From positions 1 through 26,716 of the IMG/VR virus record IMGVR_UViG_3300046010_013872: DNA of 26,716 nt, one strand, 5' to 3'. Source of the DNA: a virus. Its lineage: Duplodnaviria > Caudoviricetes. The notes beneath the pieces are model-generated. The model was not told the origin of the DNA, did not search any database, and saw only the letters and a list, made by a program, of their open reading frames with translations. The position numbers were made by a program, and so were the translations under genes. Positions 8,165 to 15,712 of this stretch are shown in pieces. Positions within the stretch are counted from its first letter, which is position 1. Each line of letters starts with the position of its first letter.

Positions 8165-10336
8165 TTAAACTCTACCGGTTACTTCTTCAAAACTTGCACT
8201 AGTTCTAGTGGCAACAAAGGTAAGAGTGACATAATTAATAGACTTGGCGGGCTTAATAAAGATGTCGGCCCTGAATTCATTATTATCAACAACATCCGGG
8301 GTGTTGTTTGTTTCATCACAAATAATCCTGAAGTCGATAATTCCTCGCTTGGCCTGGACATCACGTAGATAGGGCTCTACAATGTTGATGAAGTTGGAGC
8401 GAGTAATATCATCGTTAAGTTCAAAGAGTTGAGCAGTTGCACTGCTTTCGATAGCCTGTTCAATAGTCAGGAATAGTCTACGAACATTAATACGATCAAA
8501 GGCAGATGCATAACCAAGAGCAGTTTTATCACCAAAGAGAAGAACTCCAACACCAGGCTGATTGATATAAGAGTTAATGCGCTGTGGATAAAGTTGATCT
8601 CTCTGGGCCTTGCTTGCGTTATAGGCAAGTTTGATGGCATTATTAAGAACACCTCTTTGCTGACCAGCCGGGGAGAACCAAGGGAAGGCAACTAGGTTTG
8701 TTCTTACCATTAGGCCTGCAGTATCCGCATTACATGCAATATAACGGAACTTGTTGTTGAATCGATCATAAGTGTACTTATAATTGTCATCAAAGAAAGC
8801 ATAAGAAGAAGAACTTAGCGGGGCGAAGAACTGGATGATATTATCGGTCTGGGTGTCAGAATTGGTAATATCTACCACATCGCCTCTATGGGGAGAAACG
8901 ACAGCAATACAATCTTTTCTCTGACTAGCAATTGAAATGAGTTCCTGGGCCTTTGCCTGGGATTCAAATTTATTGCCAAGGCCAGGTCCCATAATTATAT
9001 AATCAACGTCGATTTCGTCACGGTTTGAGAACAGCCTGTATGCAGTAACCAGATCGCCAAGAGTAGTGGTATAACCATTAGTAACAGTATAATTTTTACC
9101 ACCAGAGAGGTTATAGGTTACGTTGCCAAGTGCAGAGAAAGTCTTGCCTTGGGCCGGGAGGTTCCATTGGCCCTGTGCGGTTGAAAGACCCACAAAACCA
9201 GAAGAGAAACCGGTCTGAGAAACCTTTTCGTTAGGATTTGAATTATCTGAAGGATTATCGCCAACATAAACATAATTGGAGAATTGGGCGATATAGGTTT
9301 TCCACCAGTTTCTCTGAGCCGGATTAACTGCAGAAATAGAGTCTTCGGCCTTTGAAAGGAACAGGTGCTTCTCAAGAAGATTACCAGCAATCCCTGTTAG
9401 GCTACCTGTGTCATCAACAATAGCAACGTGGATCGCATCATTTTTTGCATTACGATCAAGGGCATATTGAGTAGAAACTGGTTTTGGGGCAATTGAACTC
9501 CAGAGAATTCGTGAATTGGTTAGTTCGATAAACTGATTATCGTACCAATCACTTACTTCGGTAAGAGTATGAGAAGTAACAGCCGCACCAGAAGAATTAG
9601 TTACCGTTACAGTGTTTCCAACAAGGAAAGAACCACCCTGATTACGTTGCTGATAATTTACAGGGATATCTGCAGTGGTTCCGGCAGCAACAAGAGAAAC
9701 AATCTTTACATCAAGGGTTGATGTGCCAAGACCAGTGATGATACCTTTTAGATAGCCATTGAAAACGGAAGTAACACCAATTCCGGGGATAGTCTGGTTT
9801 ACGATTGATGCAGTGACACCCTGACCAACCACAGCAGATGCTACAACAGAAGTTGTAACACCTAGAATTTGGTCGGCCTTGTCGTCAATAATAGCAACCT
9901 TTAGATTATTTGCCCAGGTCCCTGGATTTTTTGCCGCGAATATGTAGTCCTTGGTGTCGCTATCGTGGTTTAGCTCATAATCGTCAAAGTTTTTGATGGT
10001 AACACCGATACCAGCAGTTGAAACACCAGCAGCATTTCGTACTGCAGTAGCGTTTAGAAGATTTGAACCACTGGTTCTTACGACTTTTAGAACGCCGCCA
10101 TAAGTGAGGAATGAGGAAGCACTCATCCAATACTCATACTGGGAATCTGTGGACTGGGGCTTGCCGAAAACGTTGATTAGATCTTGCTCGGTTGTAATAT
10201 CTACGGCTTCTTCGACAGGTCCAATTGGGAAAGGACCAGCAATCGCGCCAATATTATCGATTACGTTTTCGACTCTCCCAACTGTAAGATCAACTTCCCT
10301 AATTAGAACCCCAGGAGATAATTGAGGTGTAGCCAT
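8165..10336 (-). CDS. gp18: Tail sheath protein (T4 gp18 homolog)
   Basis: LSPGVLIREVDLT start, FPWFSPAG, GDKTAL...AFDRINVRRLF, FELND..TR, IKPAKSINYVTLTFVA. Confidence 0.97.
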   Translation of the reverse strand: MATPQLSPGVLIREVDLTVGRVENVIDNIGAIAGPFPIGPVEEAVDITTEQDLINVFGKPQSTDSQYEYWMSASSFLTYGGVLKVVRTSGSNLLNATAVRNAAGVSTAGIGVTIKNFDDYELNHDSDTKDYIFAAKNPGTWANNLKVAIIDDKADQILGVTTSVVASAVVGQGVTASIVNQTIPGIGVTSVFNGYLKGIITGLGTSTLDVKIVSLVAAGTTADIPVNYQQRNQGGSFLVGNTVTVTNSSGAAVTSHTLTEVSDWYDNQFIELTNSRILWSSIAPKPVSTQYALDRNAKNDAIHVAIVDDTGSLTGIAGNLLEKHLFLSKAEDSISAVNPAQRNWWKTYIAQFSNYVYVGDNPSDNSNPNEKVSQTGFSSGFVGLSTAQGQWNLPAQGKTFSALGNVTYNLSGGKNYTVTNGYTTTLGDLVTAYRLFSNRDEIDVDYIIMGPGLGNKFESQAKAQELISIASQRKDCIAVVSPHRGDVVDITNSDTQTDNIIQFFAPLSSSSYAFFDDNYKYTYDRFNNKFRYIACNADTAGLMVRTNLVAFPWFSPAGQQRGVLNNAIKLAYNASKAQRDQLYPQRINSYINQPGVGVLLFGDKTALGYASAFDRINVRRLFLTIEQAIESSATAQLFELNDDITRSNFINIVEPYLRDVQAKRGIIDFRIICDETNNTPDVVDNNEFRADIFIKPAKSINYVTLTFVATRTSASFEEVTGRV

Positions 10337-10367
10337 GTGTACTCCCTTTAATATATTTGCTATTAAT

Positions 10368-10374
10368 TATTTAG
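10368..10374 (-). promoter_or_regulatory. Late promoter (CTAAATA) for gp18
   Basis: Upstream of an AAAGGGAG RBS and the gp18 ATG. Confidence 0.65.
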
Positions 10375-10393
10375 AAAAAAAATTGATTCACCA

Positions 10394-10419
10394 CTAAATA
10401 AAACACACCGTTTTATTTG
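10394..10419 (+). promoter_or_regulatory. Late promoter (CTAAATA) overlapped by a 9-bp hairpin upstream of the endonuclease
   Basis: CTAAATA at 10394-10400. Stem aaataaaac(10396-10404)/gttttattt(10410-10418) ends 3 nt before the ATG. Confidence 0.55.
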
Positions 10420-10421
10420 TT

Positions 10422-11168
10422 ATGTCTGAACCACGAATTTATGTCTATAAAATAACCTTTTTAGAGGTTCCCCATTACTATTATGGGATGCATGAAGAAA
10501 AAAAATTTGATGAGTATTATATGGGGTCGCCAAAAACTAACAAAGATTATTGGAAAAAATATACTCCCCAAAAAGAAATCTTATACACTTTTACAACAAG
10601 AAAAGATGCATATAGAAAAGAAAAGGAATTAATAAGTGAAGTATTTAACAAAGATCCATATTGCCTGAATAGATGTTGTAATGGTGTGGTGGACATACAA
10701 ATATCTATAAATGCGGGTAAAAAATGCTACGAATTAAAAAAAGGAGTTCATGGTTTAAGTGAGGAAAAAAGAAAAGAAAATTCAAAAAAAGGAGCCGAAA
10801 AAAATAGAGAACAGGAGACAGGGATTTTTAATTTAACTGAAGAGCAAAGAAAAAGAGCCCTTGAAAATTCACACAATACTAATAAATTAAATAAAACAGG
10901 GTTTTATGGAATTTCAAAGGAGAAGCATTCTGAAAATGGAAAAAAAGCTATAGCAATTCAAAGAGAACTAGGAATAGGTTTTTTTGGTGGCATTTCTGAA
11001 GAACAAATAAAAATTAATGCATCAAAAGGTGGAAAAGTTGGAGGAAAAGTAACTTCTGCTCAGATTTGGGAATGTACTGAAACTGGATTTCAATCTAAAC
11101 CTGGACCGTTGACTGTTTATCAGAGAAATAGAGGAATAGATCCATCGAAGAGAATAAGAATTAAATAA
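10422..11168 (+). mobile_element. Free-standing GIY-YIG-family (Seg-like) homing endonuclease
   Basis: N-terminal RIYVYKIT...HYYYGMH...YMGS, later AYRKE and CLN. Four 26-aa C-terminal repeats. Only credible + strand gene, inserted between gp17 and gp18. Confidence 0.75.
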
Positions 11169-11171
11169 TGC

Positions 11172-14100
11172 TCAATAAAAATTCCAAAGGGCGGCTAGTT
11201 CCTCATTAGAAACAACACTCCAAATTTTATCGTCTTCTACAAAAGTTTCTTGTTGCAGACCGTCTTCTAAAAACCCAATTGGGAGCATATCGTTTTCTTC
11301 ATTGGCCTGTTTCTCTTGAAATAGTCTTTTTCTAATATCATCATCGGTGATTTCTTTGAAATATTCGTTTGTCGAGGCCCAGGCAAATAGAATTAAACAG
11401 GCAACCAAGTCATCATTTTTGCCTTCCTCGGCCATAAACGAATTGGATTTTTGAATAAATGTCGATAATTCATTAATCGTATCGTAATCATTGATTAATA
11501 GTTTATCTTCTTCGATTAACATCTTTAGGTTAATCGAGCCTAATTTTTTGACGTTTTTAGACATTTTAACGCCATACTCGACCCGGTTTCCACCAAACCC
11601 CTGACCTAAAACTTGCCCCTGTCTTCCTTTAATAAAACAGGTAAGTAGGTTGGGGTATTGAAGGTCATAATGGAGGGCATTGGCAACCTGATCTCCAACG
11701 TCATTTGTTTCACATAAAACAAACGCCTTATTATAATGGAGCCCAACGTCCTTAACGATGTATGGGAACATAATCGGTTTGATTGTGTTGTCCCTGTATT
11801 TTGCTACCATTTTATAAGGCATTTTGGTTATGTCAATAACAGTAAATGCCGAATAGTCAAGATCGACGCCTCTTGCAACGTCAACCGTTATCATGTATTG
11901 ATGTTCTTCTATCGGCTCTTCATAAGTGTCAAGGAACTTTTTGGATTTTATTGGTTTATTATGTACTAGTGTTTGGAGTTTTGCTCCGGAGATTAGGGTG
12001 TCTGATGATCCGAGGAAAGAGCAATTAAACTCCTGGTCGAAGGCCTTCTGGGATCCCAAGTTTGCAATAGTTTTTCTCTTCCATTCATCGTCTCTTCCAG
12101 GAACATCATTCCAATTAATTTCTAATGGGATATAATCATTTTCTTTCTTTATGGCCTCATCCCACATTTTATAGAAATGATTAAGTCCATTAGGAGTTTG
12201 ATGTCCTAAAAAGTTATTATAAAGAACCGAGTGAGCCCACTTATCTTCTTTAATATCTGGCAGTGAAACATCAAAAACCTCATTTTCTGATTTTTCTATA
12301 CTTTTAATTTCTAACCAATACATGTCCTCTTGGACATTATCATCAAAGAATTCTTTTAAAATTTCATTGGAATGCTCGTATATTTTCTCTTTATGAGAGA
12401 TTAAAAACCCCCTAGAGAAATTTTTAAATTTCTTTCCTCGACCAATACAAAGACCTAATTTACGAATTTCTTTGTTTTTATTTTCGTTTATAATAACCGC
12501 AGAATTTGGAACAAAATCGGCATTTGAACCTATTCTTTTAGGAATTCTTAAATGACATATGCGATCCTGTTTTCTTTTAAGACCAAATCCAATCTCTTCA
12601 AAATATTTAACTGAGTGACTTCCTTCTATTTCGATAGTATAATGCGTAGAATATACTTTTACAATTTTAGTTGGTGCCGATACAGTTTTACGAACAGTAC
12701 CAATAATACCCAAATTTGCTAATAAAAGCTGTACTTGCCTAATTAGTTCCCTCGATGTAGAAGTGTATGCTACTCTACCTTTTTTAGACACTCCGCCATC
12801 ACCATCAAACATGCCTCTTAATAGGGCAGTAATATTTTTCTTAGACCATGATAATACCTTATCTGGTAGTACTTTTTGAGTTGCTTTATTTTTGATATTG
12901 AATCCGAGTAGTTTTAAAAATTCAACAAGATGTTTTGAGTTTATTGTATAATGAACCTCGTCTGTTTCTTGATATGATACTCCTAATTTGTTCAAAGATT
13001 CTGTAATATCATCGCCACAACTTATTACAATTTGACCCCCCGTAAGAGACTCTGTGCGCTTGCTAATGACCTCTCTTGCATATCCTTCCGCAACGTATAA
13101 TCCTACAAAATATGCAATGTCTTCATTGACATAATCACAGGAAAAACAGTTCGTGCATTTACCTTTTTTTGGAGTATACCCAATATAATCATCATTACCA
13201 AATATTTGTTGATTATATTTTACTGCAATAAAATCTCCAACAGATAGATCATTACTTCTAACGTATTGATATTTTCCTTCTTTGAATGCCCATAATTTAT
13301 GGTCTTCAGAACACTCTAGCTCTTCATATCTTGTTTTTATTATATTTGTAGGTGATTTTTTATTATTTACTACAATATTACCAGAGTAGAATCGATTTTT
13401 TCCTCTCACAATATAATTGTCTGTATAATATGCTCCCTTTTTAGACTCATCTATTAATCTTTCTAATCTTCTGTATCCTTTATCCGTTAATAAATAAGTA
13501 TCTTTAGTTACACAAGAAACAACTATAACTTTTGAGTCTTTACCAGAAGAAATAGTCGGATAAACCGAATTCATGAAATTCAATGCCACATTATTTGGCA
13601 CGAACGCAAATTCGTCCAAAAAGATAATATTATAAGAACCACCCCGAACAGAAGATGCGGAAGTAGAAGCAGTTATAATTTTTGAACCGTTTTCAAGTTC
13701 TAATGAGGTTTTATTCCATGATTTAATACCTTGTTGCATCCAGTTGGGAAGGTTTTCAAAAGATACTTGGAGTCTTCCTAGTAAATCTTTTGCGGTTGAT
13801 GCTTTGTTTGCTAGGATAGCAATTGAGATGTTTTCATTAAAAATTGCATAGTGTAGAAGGAATGATACTGCAGTTGTGGAATTATGAGTAGGAATAAAGG
13901 AATTACCACATAAAAATAATTTGTCCTCACTATCTACAGAAATACATGCAACCGGAACACTTTCTACTTCCTCTATTTTTTGAATGTAGATTCTTTTATT
14001 TCTATAAAGAGGTTTATCAATTTTTTTTATTAAATTTTTTTTCCTCGGTAAATTAAAAACGATTTCATCAGTATTAAATGATACTGTATAATACAAGCAG

Positions 14101-15557
14101 TCCTTTATTTTTTTAATCCGAGTTCTTGATTTTATTCCTAAACTTGCCAATAATTCAATTACTTGTAATATTAAATCATAATTTTTTTGGTAAAATTCAA
14201 ATGATCTACTATTTGGTCTTAATGATCCATCTGTATCCATAAGACCCCGAAGAAGTTCTAATCGGTCTTCGTGAGAAGACCTCAGATAATCTTGGGGGAT
14301 ATGTTTATTTTTTATTAAATTTAATTTTCTTAGTTTTGAATGTAGATCAAGAATATTAAATCTATAACAATTATTGGATTCTGCTATATGTCCAATATTA
14401 TCAATTTTTGTTTTATAGAATTCAAAATCGTCTTTATGTGCAATTATCCTACTGTCGGAAGAAAAACCATCCCCCAACCAAACCCCAAGTAAATATGGAT
14501 CAATAGGAAGTTCTTTTTTTGTAAAACAATTTATAGAGTTTGATACATTTATGTAATACAAATTTACAATGCTTTTGCTAGTCTTATTTTTATATTTTTC
14601 TACTAACCGTTCTGTTGTTAATATCTCTTTTTTACTATTATACTTATTTTTGCATACTTCCCATAAATGATCGGCATCAGCAACGATTTCTTCTCCATTA
14701 TCAAAATATATTTTATAACACTTATGATCATACATTGGATCAGTCTTGGTTAATACTTTGACTGAATCTCCGCTAGGAGACAAGACCTCATCACCAACTT
14801 TTAGTTCTCCCATTGTGGTCCAACCAGTTGGTGTTGGAATTTTAGTATCTAATGCTAATGCTTTACCACAATTCATTGTGGGTATAAAATTCTTACCACA
14901 TAAAAAAGAATGGTCCTTATTTTCTACTTCAACACACGAAACATTTACGGGCTCGACTTCTTCTATTGATACTAATTTTATTACTTCGCCCCAATTATCA
15001 ACTAATGTATTAAACGATTGTCTTTTTAAGAAAACTTCTTTTTTTAAATCATAAATTTGCTCTGCTGTTAGTACTGAAGAAGTGTCGTCAAAATATACTC
15101 TCCAGAAGTGGTCCTTATCACAAACGATTTCTTCTTCAAATGTTTTTCCTTTAAATGAAAGCTTATAACATTTTTCAGTATTTTTATAACTTACTTTGTT
15201 TATGACTTTTGTTTTCTTCCCGTACAAATCATAAACACAATCTCCAATTTTTAAATCCTTAATTTTTGTATAACCGCCAGAAGTCGGGATTGGAGTGTTA
15301 TCCTCTAGAGGCTGACGGGGAAGTTTACAAATACTAAATCTATTCTCATGAAAAGTCGTAAGCATCTTTTCTTGAAAAGGCCACATATCGAATGGTACAA
15401 GACCATCATCAATGTTAACGATTTTAATATAATTCTTAGCAAAATAAACAGGATCAGAAGCGCATTTTGCTAATTCTACTAATTGCTCTTGTGTAAATTC
15501 ACTGGGAATATTTGCCCTCTTGAGAAGAGGATTTCCCATGTAATTCCTATCTGACAT
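11172..15557 (-). CDS. gp17: Terminase large subunit (T4 gp17 homolog), precursor with three inteins; predicted spliced product 548 aa
   Basis: YMGNPLLK start. Removing the inteins restores Walker A PRQ-CGK-STT. Walker B IIFLDEFAF, VVS-TPNG coupling motif, nuclease VDVARG..D and NDDLVACL. Confidence 0.97.
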   Translation of the reverse strand: MSDRNYMGNPLLKRANIPSEFTQEQLVELAKCASDPVYFAKNYIKIVNIDDGLVPFDMWPFQEKMLTTFHENRFSICKLPRQPLEDNTPIPTSGGYTKIKDLKIGDCVYDLYGKKTKVINKVSYKNTEKCYKLSFKGKTFEEEIVCDKDHFWRVYFDDTSSVLTAEQIYDLKKEVFLKRQSFNTLVDNWGEVIKLVSIEEVEPVNVSCVEVENKDHSFLCGKNFIPTMNCGKALALDTKIPTPTGWTTMGELKVGDEVLSPSGDSVKVLTKTDPMYDHKCYKIYFDNGEEIVADADHLWEVCKNKYNSKKEILTTERLVEKYKNKTSKSIVNLYYINVSNSINCFTKKELPIDPYLLGVWLGDGFSSDSRIIAHKDDFEFYKTKIDNIGHIAESNNCYRFNILDLHSKLRKLNLIKNKHIPQDYLRSSHEDRLELLRGLMDTDGSLRPNSRSFEFYQKNYDLILQVIELLASLGIKSRTRIKKIKDCLYYTVSFNTDEIVFNLPRKKNLIKKIDKPLYRNKRIYIQKIEEVESVPVACISVDSEDKLFLCGNSFIPTHNSTTAVSFLLHYAIFNENISIAILANKASTAKDLLGRLQVSFENLPNWMQQGIKSWNKTSLELENGSKIITASTSASSVRGGSYNIIFLDEFAFVPNNVALNFMNSVYPTISSGKDSKVIVVSCVTKDTYLLTDKGYRRLERLIDESKKGAYYTDNYIVRGKNRFYSGNIVVNNKKSPTNIIKTRYEELECSEDHKLWAFKEGKYQYVRSNDLSVGDFIAVKYNQQIFGNDDYIGYTPKKGKCTNCFSCDYVNEDIAYFVGLYVAEGYAREVISKRTESLTGGQIVISCGDDITESLNKLGVSYQETDEVHYTINSKHLVEFLKLLGFNIKNKATQKVLPDKVLSWSKKNITALLRGMFDGDGGVSKKGRVAYTSTSRELIRQVQLLLANLGIIGTVRKTVSAPTKIVKVYSTHYTIEIEGSHSVKYFEEIGFGLKRKQDRICHLRIPKRIGSNADFVPNSAVIINENKNKEIRKLGLCIGRGKKFKNFSRGFLISHKEKIYEHSNEILKEFFDDNVQEDMYWLEIKSIEKSENEVFDVSLPDIKEDKWAHSVLYNNFLGHQTPNGLNHFYKMWDEAIKKENDYIPLEINWNDVPGRDDEWKRKTIANLGSQKAFDQEFNCSFLGSSDTLISGAKLQTLVHNKPIKSKKFLDTYEEPIEEHQYMITVDVARGVDLDYSAFTVIDITKMPYKMVAKYRDNTIKPIMFPYIVKDVGLHYNKAFVLCETNDVGDQVANALHYDLQYPNLLTCFIKGRQGQVLGQGFGGNRVEYGVKMSKNVKKLGSINLKMLIEEDKLLINDYDTINELSTFIQKSNSFMAEEGKNDDLVACLILFAWASTNEYFKEITDDDIRKRLFQEKQANEENDMLPIGFLEDGLQQETFVEDDKIWSVVSNEELAALWNFY
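12198..13514 (-). mobile_element. Intein 3 in gp17 (439 aa, Cys1...His-Gln/Thr+1) with LAGLIDADG homing endonuclease
   Basis: VIVVS|CVTKDT; block B ECSEDHKLW; LAGLIDADG-like IAYFVGLYVAEG and ALLRGMFDGDG; block F VFDVSL; ends FLGHQ|TPNG. Confidence 0.92.
13881..14861 (-). mobile_element. Intein 2 in gp17 (327 aa, Ala1, class-3 WCT signature) with LAGLIDADG homing endonuclease
   Basis: CGK|ALALDTKIPTPTGW; ADADHLW; PYLLGVWLGDG and LLRGLMDTDG; VACISV; FIPTHN|STT. Confidence 0.93.
14871..15311 (-). mobile_element. Intein 1 in gp17 (147-aa mini-intein, Pro1, class-3 WCT signature, ends Met-Asn/Cys+1)
   Basis: PRQ|PLEDNTPIPTSGG; CDKDHFW; VSCVEV; FIPTMN|CGK. No endonuclease domain. Confidence 0.88.
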
Positions 15558-15575
15558 AATGATTACCTTTACTAT

Positions 15576-15692
15576 TCTATTCAGATGGCATTATTATTTA
15601 GATTAATAATTTTTCATAAAAGAAAAGACACCTCATAAAGAAGCGCCTTTTCTGCCCGTAGAGAGTGCCATCTGAACAGACTTATTATTTAG
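15576..15692 (-). promoter_or_regulatory. Structured leader upstream of gp17: two CTAAATAATAA promoters, a 15-nt inverted repeat and an internal hairpin
   Basis: CTAAATAATAA at 15682-15692 and 15591-15601. TCTGTTCAGATGGCA (15666-15680) is complementary to TGCCATCTGAATAGA (15576-15590). Confidence 0.7.
15618..15653 (-). terminator. Rho-independent terminator-like hairpin
   Basis: AGAAAAGGCGCTTC-TTTAT-GAGGTGTCTTTTCT-TTT: 14-bp stem with three G-U pairs that form only on the minus-strand RNA, and a U-rich 3' end. Confidence 0.7.
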
Positions 15693-15712
15693 ACATAATA
15701 ACTATTTAAATC

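Noticed and set aside
11172-15557. Group I introns as the explanation for the oversized gp17
   Set aside because: All insertions are in-frame, stop-free and bounded by intein splice motifs.
15576-15692. CRISPR mini-array or tRNA in the gp17 upstream spacer
   Set aside because: The direct repeat is only 11 nt and matches the late promoter; there is no cloverleaf or regular repeat-spacer period.
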